From a virus (taxonomy: Duplodnaviria > Caudoviricetes): DNA of 64,000 nt. Below the pieces are notes generated by a model. That model did not search any database. It was not told the origin of the DNA and was given only the letters and a program-made list of their open reading frames with translations. Numbering within the stretch: the first letter of the stretch is position 1; each line of letters begins with the position of its first letter. Positions 38,914-48,126 of this stretch are shown here, one piece after another. The position numbers and the translations under genes were made by a program. The stretch is from the IMG/VR virus record IMGVR_UViG_3300032030_002802, positions 64,001 to 128,000 of that record. One strand, 5' to 3'.

Positions 38914-39303
38914 TCAGTCCTCCGTAACCGCCACGATGTCGCCAGGCACTATGCCGTGCGACCTGATGAACCCGAGAGGGGTCTCCACGGCGTGCGCCGC
39001 CTTCGTCGCGTTCTCACACGACGGCGAGTAGTGGAACACCCCGCTCCTGTCGACCGGCATCTCCAGGGTTTCGAGCACCTCGCCCTCCTTCGACAGGAAC
39101 GTGAGGTCGAGCGGGAAGTTAACGTCCTTCATCCAGAACGCCCCCGCGCGGTCGAAGAACATCCCCCGGCCGTCGGCGAGCGACGCCCGCTTCGACAGGC
39201 CTCGCGCCCTCGTCTCGTCCGTGTCGGCGATCTCCAGGACCGCCGACGCCTTCACGGCGCCGTCCGCGCCGGTGAACACGACTTTCACCTCGTCCATTGC
39301 CAT
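38914..39303 (-). CDS. DUF192 family protein
   Basis: LEIADTDETRARGL...GMFF...FWMKDVNFPLDLTF...AVE...G..PGD. Confidence 0.85.
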   Translation of the reverse strand: MAMDEVKVVFTGADGAVKASAVLEIADTDETRARGLSKRASLADGRGMFFDRAGAFWMKDVNFPLDLTFLSKEGEVLETLEMPVDRSGVFHYSPSCENATKAAHAVETPLGFIRSHGIVPGDIVAVTED

Positions 39304-39311
39304 TGCCTCCG

Positions 39312-39605
39312 TTACATTATGCAGTCCCGCTCGATGCGCTCGTACTGGAGCGCGTCGTAGTGTTTCCTGAACTCGCGCCACGGGACGTAGTTGTGCCGCC
39401 CGCCGGAGTCGTCCACCACGCCGGTCCAGTCGTACCGGACGCCGTCGATCTCGACGACGAAGTGCCCGTCGGTCGTGTCGTACATGATACGCCCCCACGG
39501 GAACCTGTCGTGCAGGATCAGCGCGAAGTAGTAGCAGTTCCCGGTCAGCCAGTTGCAGTCTGCCGGGAACCGCCGTCGTATGAACCCTATCACCTGTTCG
39601 TCCAT
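39312..39605 (-). CDS. Hypothetical protein
   Basis: GNCYYFALIL...GHFV...YDWTG. Confidence 0.65.
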   Translation of the reverse strand: MDEQVIGFIRRRFPADCNWLTGNCYYFALILHDRFPWGRIMYDTTDGHFVVEIDGVRYDWTGVVDDSGGRHNYVPWREFRKHYDALQYERIERDCIM

Positions 39606-39736
39606 GAAAGTAAGGCGGCTTTCGGGGCTCCGCGCGCCGGGCCTTCTCGGCCCGGGGCCGCCGTGCGCGTCAATCAGGTATTTGCGAAGCTGTCTCCAGC
39701 CGCGCTCAGGTAATCACCCGCCCCGGAGTTAATCGG

Positions 39737-40366
39737 TTACTTGGTCACGGGTTCGCTGCAGGCCCCGCCGGGGCCGCAGGCGCCGGTGGTGCATCCGCCG
39801 CCGAACGAGCACTGGCCGTCCTTGCAGTCGACCGTGGTCTTCGTGCCGTCCTTCTTCTCGACCTCCACCGTGCCGGTGAGCTTGCCGGTTATCATCTTGA
39901 GAACCGCCTGCGCCCCCTCGTCGGTGAGCTGGCCGAGGACGTCCTTCGACGCGTCGGTCATGTTCTTGACCGCGTCGTTGTAGTGGACGTCGATGTCCGG
40001 TTTGACGTCGGTGGTCGGCGTCTGGGTCGTGGTCTGGGTAGTCGTCTCGGTGCCGTTGTTCTCGAGGCCGAGGGCCTGTGTGAACAGCTCGATCGCCGGC
40101 ATGTCGGTCGTGCCCTCCGCGACCACAACGCGGTTCGACACCGAGGTCTTCGGGGCTACGACGATGATGCAGTCCTCGAACTTGTTTTCCATGATGTTGG
40201 CCCGGGCGGGCTGGGTGCTGTCGGACGTGGCGCACCCCGTGACGAGCGTCGCGAGGCAGAGCGCCGCCGCGATAACGGCGAGCCTACCCTTGCACTTGCG
40301 TGCGACCTTCTTCTTGGCCTTGGCCGCCTTTGCGGCGACCTTCTTCTTGGCTGTAGTGATTTTCAT
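39737..40366 (-). CDS. Putative lipoprotein (possible spanin component)
   Basis: Lys/Ala-rich N-terminus, hydrophobic stretch, VTG-C lipobox, Cys-rich tail. Confidence 0.6.
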   Translation of the reverse strand: MKITTAKKKVAAKAAKAKKKVARKCKGRLAVIAAALCLATLVTGCATSDSTQPARANIMENKFEDCIIVVAPKTSVSNRVVVAEGTTDMPAIELFTQALGLENNGTETTTQTTTQTPTTDVKPDIDVHYNDAVKNMTDASKDVLGQLTDEGAQAVLKMITGKLTGTVEVEKKDGTKTTVDCKDGQCSFGGGCTTGACGPGGACSEPVTK

Positions 40367-40425
40367 CTTTTTTCCTTTTGCTGTTTTCCCTGTTTCCGGG
40401 CCCGGCACGCGCCTGGCCCGACATC

Positions 40426-40770
40426 TTAGAGGCCCGCGGCCTGGGCTAGTGCCGACACCTCGTCCTCGACGGATACGGCGGACTGCGCTGTCGCCCCGGG
40501 CTTTGCCCGCTGCATCTCGGCGCGCTGCATGGCCGCCGCGCACATCGCCCTGAACACCTCGACCTTGGCCGCGTGCTGCGTGCCCACGAACTTGAAGGCC
40601 GAGAGGAGCGCCATGAGCGCGCCGATTATGTTCGGCACGTACTGCCCCACGTCCTTCGCCTGGTCCGGCGTGATTATGCCGAACGCCAGGAGCAGGCCGG
40701 CCACGCTCGTCACGAGCGTGGTCCAGAACTCCGGTTTCGCGGCTACCGCTGTCGTTTTGCTCTTCTTCAT
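40426..40770 (-). CDS. Putative holin (2 TM)
   Basis: EFWTTLVTSVAGLLLAFGII...IIGALMALLSAF. Confidence 0.55.
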   Translation of the reverse strand: MKKSKTTAVAAKPEFWTTLVTSVAGLLLAFGIITPDQAKDVGQYVPNIIGALMALLSAFKFVGTQHAAKVEVFRAMCAAAMQRAEMQRAKPGATAQSAVSVEDEVSALAQAAGL

Positions 40771-41465
40771 CTTGTTGCCTCCATTACTGCTGTGTTCGGC
40801 GCATCTACGGCGTCTCCGACGTCCTTGCCCTCCTCGAGCAGGTCGTCGACGCGCTTCAAATCCGGTATCCTGTTGAACTGCACCTCCATGTCCATCATCT
40901 GCTCCATGAGGTACTTCTCGATGTTCTGCGCGTTGGAGGACGCCACGGTCCCGTCACCGGCGATCTCGGCGCGTATGCGGCGTTCGTCCGGCCTGCGCTC
41001 GAACACCTCGGCGAACACTGCCGGCAGGTCGCCCGCGTCCGGGTCGAACCCGTCGGCCCGAAGCTGCTGGCGCAGGTAGCCGCGTATCGAGTGCGAGAAC
41101 GGAAGGATGTCGCGGTTCATCGACACCTCGGCGATCGCCCACGCGGCCTCCTCGGACGTGACCGGGTCGAACATCTCGAACGCCGGAGCCCCGGACGCGA
41201 GCGTGTTGCAGACGTTCATGAACACGTCGAGCCTCTTGAAGAACGCGTCCGAGCCCATCACGGCCTGCATCGCGCACCAGCGGTCCATCGCAGGCGTGCA
41301 GATCTCGGCCTTGAAGTCGGCCGACACCTCCATCGCGCAGGTGACCGGGTCCCAGTCGTACACGGCCTCGCCGTACTGGTCCAGCATGATGGCGTGCACC
41401 ACGGTCGCCAGCGTCTGCGGCGACTCGAGCGCGAGCTTCCTCGGATATGTCATCTTCTCGTTCAT
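40767..41465 (-). CDS. Hypothetical protein
   Basis: Acidic 232-aa ORF; TGGTATAAT 8 nt upstream of ATG. Confidence 0.7.
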   Translation of the reverse strand: MNEKMTYPRKLALESPQTLATVVHAIMLDQYGEAVYDWDPVTCAMEVSADFKAEICTPAMDRWCAMQAVMGSDAFFKRLDVFMNVCNTLASGAPAFEMFDPVTSEEAAWAIAEVSMNRDILPFSHSIRGYLRQQLRADGFDPDAGDLPAVFAEVFERRPDERRIRAEIAGDGTVASSNAQNIEKYLMEQMMDMEVQFNRIPDLKRVDDLLEEGKDVGDAVDAPNTAVMEATR

Positions 41466-41494
41466 GGCGCACTATTATACCATATACTCGGCCG

Positions 41495-42610
41495 TCATGT
41501 CACCATGTCCTTGTAGGTCGGGCGCAGCTGCTCGTAGTGGGTCCTGTTGTCCACGCCGAACAGCCTCCGCGACTTCCTGTCGGACCTGGCCTTGTCGGCC
41601 GCGCACATGCGGTTCCAGTTCACCCACACGCGGATCGCCTCCTTCAGATCGGGCTCCTTGTGCACCAGCTCTATGCCGGTGCGGGCGCGCCATCTGTGCA
41701 CTGGATCGCGCATGAGCTTGTCGACCAGGTCCCGGCTGTACCCGGCGGCGAGCATCTGCTCCGCGGTATAGGGGCGTTCGTAGCCGGACTGCGCGACTGC
41801 CTCGTCCTCCGACGTCTTCACGGCCTGCCACACGCCGTTGACCGCCCGCAGCCTGTTCTTCATGAACGCGTTGTGCCGCTGCGTCGCCCTGCTGATCGCG
41901 TCCGCGCTGTACGCCTTGTTGCCCGGTATGGTGTGCGCCGGGGTGAACACCCTGCGGTGCAGCCAGTCGGCGTACTGCTCGCGCGTGAACTTCGCCCCCG
42001 GGGCCGTGTACTTCCTGTACCCGGCCCTCGACGGCATGTACTTGTCCACGAAATAGTCGACCTGGCTGTTTGCCGAATCCTGCCGCCTGCCGGCCGCGAG
42101 CCACCCCTTGTATGCGGTGAGCGACGGACCGGTGTACTGCGGGAGGCCGTATCCGCCGCCACCGCCGCGCTGCTTCGTCGCGTAGTCGAACCTCCCGCCG
42201 GTCTCCCGGTCGAAGTTCGCCAGGATCGCGGCCTCCAGGTTGGGGTTGTTGAGCTTCGAGTGGAGCCTCGCAGACACCTGGTTGATGCGCGACGACGGGG
42301 TGGACGGCGCGGCCGCAGCGGCCGGGCGTACCGGCCGTACAGTCCGCTGCGGCATGTTGAGCTTCTGCCCGACCCGCAGCTGGTCGGGGTTCCTCAGCCC
42401 GTTCAGCCGCGCGAGCTCCTGCCACGTCGTGCTGTTGCGGGAGGCGATGCCGGACAGCGTGTCGCCCGCGGCGACGCTGTACGGTACGGCGGCCGTGGTC
42501 GTCGCGGCCACCGCAGTCGCGGCCCGCTTGAGGAGGGTGCGCCACCGTGACGGCTCCACGGTTTTGGCGGCCGCCATTAGTCTCACGCGCGTTGGCATTA
42601 CGGTGCTCAT
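41495..42610 (-). CDS. LysM domain + phage tail lysozyme-like domain + C-terminal domain
   Basis: YSVAAGDTLSGIA...LARLNGLRNPDQLRVGQKL (LysM); AAILANFDRETGG...GYGLPQYTG...QVDY. Confidence 0.85.
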   Translation of the reverse strand: MSTVMPTRVRLMAAAKTVEPSRWRTLLKRAATAVAATTTAAVPYSVAAGDTLSGIASRNSTTWQELARLNGLRNPDQLRVGQKLNMPQRTVRPVRPAAAAAPSTPSSRINQVSARLHSKLNNPNLEAAILANFDRETGGRFDYATKQRGGGGGYGLPQYTGPSLTAYKGWLAAGRRQDSANSQVDYFVDKYMPSRAGYRKYTAPGAKFTREQYADWLHRRVFTPAHTIPGNKAYSADAISRATQRHNAFMKNRLRAVNGVWQAVKTSEDEAVAQSGYERPYTAEQMLAAGYSRDLVDKLMRDPVHRWRARTGIELVHKEPDLKEAIRVWVNWNRMCAADKARSDRKSRRLFGVDNRTHYEQLRPTYKDMVT

Positions 42611-42640
42611 TGACGTACCTTTCCGCCTTGTGCCATGGAA

Positions 42641-43387
42641 TCACCCGCGCCGCCGTGCCACCACGCCGTAGTGGTACATGAAGTTCAGCCCGTCGTCGAC
42701 CGGAACGCCGTCTTTGTATATCATGCACTGCATCACTGCCTGGTCGCCGCCGTTATGGCGCCAGCCCGGCATCTCGCCCCTGCGGTCACGGAACCCGCCC
42801 CTGATGCGGCTCTCGTAGTTGTCGAGGAAGAAAGCGTACCACCTGTCGAAGAACGACAGGGTGTCGTAGTTGTTCCGGGCGAGAATCAGCCCTGCCTGCC
42901 AGTGCGGGAACTTGAAGAGGAACGTCTTGTCGTCCTGGAGGCCGAACGCCTCGGCTATGCTGCGCCTGACTATGTACCCGTCCGGCACGTGCCGCAGTTT
43001 CGTGCCGCACGTGGTCAGTGTCAGCAGCGAACCCGAGGTGTGCGCCCTGCCGACGACCGTGCGCAGCTCCCCGAGGAACGCGTCAAGGCGGCCCATGGGA
43101 AGGACGCAACCCGCGTCCAGGTACAGCAGCCACTCGTCCGGGTCCAGCGCCCGTAGCGTCTGGGCTATGGCATACGGCTTCCACGACCAGTAGGCGTAGC
43201 CGTGGTCGCCGGCGTACCGGGAGAACCGGTCCAGGTACCCCGCCCCGAGGTCGCGCTCGTCCAGCACGAACTCCCTGTCGAAGAAACCGAACTTGTCGCG
43301 TATGACACGCAGGTCGCGCTTGAACCGCGCCGGGGCAGCCGTCCAGTTTGACGACGCAAACGTCATGAATGAGATTTTGCTGTCCAT
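42641..43387 (-). CDS. Putative glycosyltransferase
   Basis: YWSWKPY, LLYLDAGC, WQAG, GDQAV pattern. Confidence 0.6.
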   Translation of the reverse strand: MDSKISFMTFASSNWTAAPARFKRDLRVIRDKFGFFDREFVLDERDLGAGYLDRFSRYAGDHGYAYWSWKPYAIAQTLRALDPDEWLLYLDAGCVLPMGRLDAFLGELRTVVGRAHTSGSLLTLTTCGTKLRHVPDGYIVRRSIAEAFGLQDDKTFLFKFPHWQAGLILARNNYDTLSFFDRWYAFFLDNYESRIRGGFRDRRGEMPGWRHNGGDQAVMQCMIYKDGVPVDDGLNFMYHYGVVARRRG

Positions 43388-43412
43388 GGCTCTGTCGACC
43401 TCGTTAAATACG

Positions 43413-44279
43413 TCATAGTGCGTGGCCACGCTCGTTGGGGTCCTCGGGCATGCGGGCCGCAAGGGCCTCGCCGGGCTTCTTCTTCGGGCCGATCGCGTCG
43501 GTCCCCAGGTAGAAATCCCGCGCGGTGAAGTCCTCGGACTCGTTGCGGTTAAACACACGCCAGCATTTGTCGAAACACGCCCGCTGCCGGCGGTCGTCGG
43601 ACCGCCACTCGATCCGGCCTCTTCCGATCTTGATGCGCTCGAACTCGTAACGCGTTTTGCAGATATAGTGGTTTAGCCATGCCGGACAGTCACGTACGCC
43701 CGAGTTGAACGGACCAGGCACGATGGTCGCCCCGTCTGCGGATCTTACGTGATGCCAGCCCTTCGGCACGCTCAGGCAGTGCGGGTTGTCCCGGAACAAT
43801 GTGCGCCGGCTTACGTGGCGCATATTGACTATTGTCTTGATGTGCCTGTCGAAGCCAGACTGGCATCTGGTGAAGCGCCCGACGACCGAGTAGTTGCCGT
43901 CGGTCGGGGCGGACAGGCCGGAGTCCCCGAAGCACTTCCAGTTGAGCGCCACTCCCATGTCGTCCGAAAAGCCGGACAGGAATCCGTCAAGCGAAAGCCC
44001 GGGTCTCAGGCACATGAACTCATCGACGTCGAAGAATGCCGTGAAGTCCACGCCGGCTGAGATATCCGTGTGGAGGTAGTCGTTGTAGGCGCGGAGCTGG
44101 CAGTTGCGTCCCGGCATCTCGAGCAGCTTGACGCGTGCATCCCCGCCCAACGACCCTTTGTATTGCCAGTCGTTCTGGTATATGTATATCTCGCTAAACC
44201 CGAGCTTGAAGTGGTACAGCATCCACTCGTCGATGTAATGGTCCTCGTCCCTGGCTATGCACACGAGAGCATTCCGCAT
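43413..44279 (-). CDS. Glycosyltransferase (GT92/GT2-like)
   Basis: CIARDEDHYIDEWMLYHFKLGF, DxD motif FDVDEF, LNHY..KT. Confidence 0.85.
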   Translation of the reverse strand: MRNALVCIARDEDHYIDEWMLYHFKLGFSEIYIYQNDWQYKGSLGGDARVKLLEMPGRNCQLRAYNDYLHTDISAGVDFTAFFDVDEFMCLRPGLSLDGFLSGFSDDMGVALNWKCFGDSGLSAPTDGNYSVVGRFTRCQSGFDRHIKTIVNMRHVSRRTLFRDNPHCLSVPKGWHHVRSADGATIVPGPFNSGVRDCPAWLNHYICKTRYEFERIKIGRGRIEWRSDDRRQRACFDKCWRVFNRNESEDFTARDFYLGTDAIGPKKKPGEALAARMPEDPNERGHAL

Positions 44280-44390
44280 GGCGTGTTCTCCACGTCCGGT
44301 TAAAGCCGCCACAGGGCGTGGCCCAGCTCAGTCAGGTCCTCGGGCGTGCGGGCCGCGAGGGCCTCGCCGAGCTTCTTCGGGTCGATCGCG
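43415..44390. repeat. Diverged ~80-bp direct repeat (about 43415-43497 and 44311-44390) flanking the GT92 gene
   Basis: Both copies encode ...PKK.GEALAAR.PED..E.GHAL. Confidence 0.8.
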
Positions 44391-45310
44391 CCCGCCTCCT
44401 TCACCGACTCGGCGAACCCGTCGCCGAGCACGTCGTCGAACACCTCGTCCGGGAGCTCCGCGAGCTTCGAGAGGCTCAGGGCGTCGCCGTTGATCTCGAT
44501 GACGTCGTTCACGATGGCCTCGGCCTGCTTCACGTCCATGTCGAACAGGAAGTCCTCCGGCGCCATTAGGTCCTTGCCGTACCTGCCGCGCCAGTTCTCG
44601 ATGATGTCGGTGTCCTCGACGAGCTCCGCGATCTTCTCGGTCGCGCCCGCGAGCGCCTCCTCGCCGCCCTCGGCCAGGTGCTCCGCCATCTTGGAGAGCG
44701 CGAGTCCGGTGTCCACGTCTGAGCACAGCTCGGCGCGGATCAGGAGCTCGTTCACAACGTTGTCGCGCCTCGCCACGCCGTGGCCCGCCGTCTTGCGGAT
44801 GCCGTCAGGCACCTCCACGCCGAACTCGGCGGCCTTGCGCAGTATGTTCTTCGCGATCTCGTTGCGCATGGGGAACGGGTACTTGAACTTGTTGTCCTCG
44901 AAGTACGCGGCCGCCAGCTTCACGCCCGACGCGTCGAACATGGGGTACTTGCGCTCCCCGTCCCGGACCCAGCCGTAGTCGTCGTCCGACGCGGTCTTGA
45001 CCTCCTCCGTGTGCGTCAGGACCTTGGCGACGTCGTCCGCGATGCCGAACATGTGCGCCGCCTTCTGCAGGTTGTACTCGACGTCCGCCCTGATGGCGCG
45101 GTACGCCTCGTCCGACGCGTGCTTCATGAAGTACTTCGCGGACGTCCACGTCTGCGCGGGGCTGTTGCAGGGAAGCTCCCGGGCCACCGCGTCCGCGTAG
45201 AAGGCATGACGGCCCGCCGGGGGCTCCGCCTCCGGGAAACCGGCCGTCTTCACGTACGCCGGAGCGGCCTCGTCCTGCGCGCACGACTTCCATTCACTGT
45301 AGTCAACCAT
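44300..45310 (-). CDS. Probable head/virion protein rich in K-x-A motifs
   Basis: GGAGG RBS; acidic; 12 of 22 Lys in KxA. Confidence 0.6.
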   Translation of the reverse strand: MVDYSEWKSCAQDEAAPAYVKTAGFPEAEPPAGRHAFYADAVARELPCNSPAQTWTSAKYFMKHASDEAYRAIRADVEYNLQKAAHMFGIADDVAKVLTHTEEVKTASDDDYGWVRDGERKYPMFDASGVKLAAAYFEDNKFKYPFPMRNEIAKNILRKAAEFGVEVPDGIRKTAGHGVARRDNVVNELLIRAELCSDVDTGLALSKMAEHLAEGGEEALAGATEKIAELVEDTDIIENWRGRYGKDLMAPEDFLFDMDVKQAEAIVNDVIEINGDALSLSKLAELPDEVFDDVLGDGFAESVKEAGAIDPKKLGEALAARTPEDLTELGHALWRL

Positions 45311-45329
45311 GATTTCCTCCCTGTACGGG

Positions 45330-45358
45330 TTTACAATCTGACCGAACAGGAGTATAAT
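45330..45358. promoter_or_regulatory. Divergent promoter region
   Basis: + strand TTTACA-17-TATAAT overlaps a - strand TATACT between divergent genes. Confidence 0.65.
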
Positions 45359-45390
45359 ATCACGGTTTCGGAAAAACTGCAAGTGGTGAC

Positions 45391-48126
45391 ATGAGATTTC
45401 TTTGGAGAGAGACCCTCCGCCGGATGACGGGCGGGGAGACCAGGTGCCCCGCGTGCCGGGCGGACGGGCTGTCCGTGTCGGAGCGGGACGAGCGCGACGT
45501 GCTGCCGGACCTGCGGGGCGTGCCGCACTGCGAGTGCCCGGCCTGCGGAAGGCGCGGGGACTTCGCAGTGCTGGTCGCGGCCGCGTCCGACCAGGCCGTC
45601 GCGGACACGGTCCGCGAGCTGCTGCGCATAGGCGAGCTCGAGGCGTCCGTCCGCGACGCCGAGGCGTACATAGCCCGCAAGGAGGCGCAGGCGGACGTCG
45701 ACGCCCACTTCGCCAAGTGCGTCGCGAAGCTCCGGGCGGCCCCGCACATGGGCAACATCCGGGCCGGCCTGTCCGCGTCCACCCTGCGCCAGCTGCCGCC
45801 CGACACCGGGATGCACGTCGCCGACGACGCGCCGAGGGCGTTCGCGCTCCTGTCGGGGCCGAGGTACGCGCGCGTGCCGATGACCCTCTACCGCTACCGG
45901 TTCGACGGGGAGACCTCCTGCATCGACGCCCAGAACCCCAAGACGCTCCAGCGCGAGCACAGGCTGCGGGTTACCGGCGACGTCGGCGTGTACCTGGGCG
46001 ACTTCCGCGAGGGGGAGGTGCCGCAGGTGCTGCTCGCCACCCCCAACCCGAGGACGGCCGGCCAGATCTACGGCGCGATGCGGGCCGAGAGCTCGCTCGT
46101 CCCGCCGGTCGTCGGCCTCGCCGGCTTCCCGCTGCCGCACAGGTTCTCGGCCGTGCGGACGCTCTACCTGCTCGACGCCCCCGACGCCCCGCTTCCCCTG
46201 TCGTTCGCCGTGCAGGCGCTGCGGAAGCCCGCGGTGTACGGGTCGGACGCCGAGCCGGCCGTGCGCGTGCTGTCCCCGCACTGCCCCGCGTCGTCGATCG
46301 TGGCTGAGGACGTGCGCCGCCTCGCGGGCGCGTCCCAGCACGGCTCCGCGCTCCGGACGTGGATCGCAGGGCGCATCATGCAGTCCGCCGACCGGCGCGA
46401 GGAGGTGGCGAACGCCCTCCTCCAGGCCGGGGCGTCCGAGAACGTCCGCGCCGAGATAGCCGAGCTCCTCGGCCCTTCCGCCCCGCAGTCGCTGCTCAAC
46501 ACCGTGCTTCTCCCGACCACTGAGCCCGACGACGTCCTGACGCTCGCCAACGGGAGGCTCGTCAGGAGCACCCCAGTCGGCATATACGCCGCGCGGCGCG
46601 ACCGGAAGACCGGCGAGATCTCTGCCGGGGCGCTCCTCTGCAACGTCGGCGTGTCCGTCGAGTCCCGGATCGTCGACAGGGGGAGCGAGACCGCCATATG
46701 CACGGTCACGCACCCGGACAGCGACGTCCCGTCCACGCAGGTGCGCCTCCCACGCGCGCACTGGAACAACCCCGACGCGCTCGCCGAGGACGTCCGCTCG
46801 GCCTACGCGGAGGGCGGGCGCACGCCGTACGTGGCCTTCTACCGCGCGTCGGGCTACGCGTGGGGCGACATCCTGCAGCTCCTGGGCGCGCACTGCCCGG
46901 TGCAGAGCGGGCTGAAGGCCCTCGGGGCGGCGCCTGACGGATCCGTCAATTTCCCGAACACGGCCGTCGCGAAGGGGGCCACGTCCCGGCAGACCAAGGC
47001 TGGCCTCATCAGGCCGGACGCGCTGGCCGCATACTCGGCCCTGCCCGCCGACGCGGAGCCGGCGGACGCTGGGAGGCTGGCGTCGTTCCTCGCCTCCGCC
47101 ACGTCGCTGTGCCGCACCGGCGTCGCCGCCGGCGTCCTGCACGCGCTGTTCTGCGCGGCCGGCAAGATGTTCGAGTCGAGCGGGGTGCGCAGGCCGCCCG
47201 CCCACATGGTGTTCGTCGAGACGGAGCCCGGCGTCTGGGACGAGACTCTCAGGACGCTCGCCTACCTCTTCTCCGGCTCCGAGTACGTCCCGCTCATGGA
47301 CTACTCCGACCGGCCGGGCTTCCTGCGTGGGTGGGCCGACCTCGGGACGCTCCCGCTCGTGACCCGCCTCCCCGCCGCCGAGGACGTCGCCACGGTGCTC
47401 GCGGCGTCGCCGGTGGGCGTGATGGCCGTGGCGGACCCGCTGACGGCCATGACCTGCAGCGGGCGCGGGACCGTGTCGTTCGTCCTCCCGAACGTTGAGG
47501 CCCCGGGCCCCGAGATCTCGCAGGAGGAGGTGGACGGGCTGAGGAGGGCTTTCGTCGCCGTGACGGCCGCCAAGGCCGGGACCGGATGGCTGGACATCGC
47601 CGCCGGCGGCCCCGCGGCCCTCTCGACCCCGTGCCTCTCCGCCCTGGGGTCGCTGTCGCCCGTGCGCGACGCGGCCACAGTGGCTGGCGGGCTCTACCGC
47701 TCGGTGAAGGGCAGGTACCCGGGGGTGGGGGTCACGGGCGCCAAGGCGTTCTTCTCAGTCCTGCACAGGGCGTACACCGCGGCGGCGAACGGCGACGGCG
47801 GCGGGATCAGGCTCACCACGGTGGCGGGGGCCCCGGCCGACGCGCTGAGGGCGAGCTTCAACGAGCGCGGCGAGCACGTGTTCGTCCTCCCGGACCAGGT
47901 GGTCGTCAGCCGGTCCGTGGTGCAGCTGATCGACCGCCAGCAGAATTTCCTGTTCGACGCAGAGCAGCTCTCGCACGAATTTGAGGAAAATGGTATAATA
48001 CTAGCCGACGCCCCCGGTCTGCTCGGCATCGACGACCGCCGCGTGTGGGTATTCCCGCGCGCCGTGTGGGACTCGGAAGTCGTCCGGGCCGCGGGGCAGG
48101 CAACAATAAAAAGGAAACAGCAATGA
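45391..48126 (+). CDS. 911-aa protein with N-terminal Zn-finger; possibly a degenerate primase/helicase-like protein
   Basis: CPAC...CPAC; strong coding bias; no intact Walker A seen. Confidence 0.6.
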   Translation: MRFLWRETLRRMTGGETRCPACRADGLSVSERDERDVLPDLRGVPHCECPACGRRGDFAVLVAAASDQAVADTVRELLRIGELEASVRDAEAYIARKEAQADVDAHFAKCVAKLRAAPHMGNIRAGLSASTLRQLPPDTGMHVADDAPRAFALLSGPRYARVPMTLYRYRFDGETSCIDAQNPKTLQREHRLRVTGDVGVYLGDFREGEVPQVLLATPNPRTAGQIYGAMRAESSLVPPVVGLAGFPLPHRFSAVRTLYLLDAPDAPLPLSFAVQALRKPAVYGSDAEPAVRVLSPHCPASSIVAEDVRRLAGASQHGSALRTWIAGRIMQSADRREEVANALLQAGASENVRAEIAELLGPSAPQSLLNTVLLPTTEPDDVLTLANGRLVRSTPVGIYAARRDRKTGEISAGALLCNVGVSVESRIVDRGSETAICTVTHPDSDVPSTQVRLPRAHWNNPDALAEDVRSAYAEGGRTPYVAFYRASGYAWGDILQLLGAHCPVQSGLKALGAAPDGSVNFPNTAVAKGATSRQTKAGLIRPDALAAYSALPADAEPADAGRLASFLASATSLCRTGVAAGVLHALFCAAGKMFESSGVRRPPAHMVFVETEPGVWDETLRTLAYLFSGSEYVPLMDYSDRPGFLRGWADLGTLPLVTRLPAAEDVATVLAASPVGVMAVADPLTAMTCSGRGTVSFVLPNVEAPGPEISQEEVDGLRRAFVAVTAAKAGTGWLDIAAGGPAALSTPCLSALGSLSPVRDAATVAGGLYRSVKGRYPGVGVTGAKAFFSVLHRAYTAAANGDGGGIRLTTVAGAPADALRASFNERGEHVFVLPDQVVVSRSVVQLIDRQQNFLFDAEQLSHEFEENGIILADAPGLLGIDDRRVWVFPRAVWDSEVVRAAGQATIKRKQQ
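47991..47999 (+). promoter_or_regulatory. Internal extended -10 promoter for the structural operon
   Basis: TGGTATAAT in a locally AT-rich patch within a GC-rich CDS. Confidence 0.5.
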
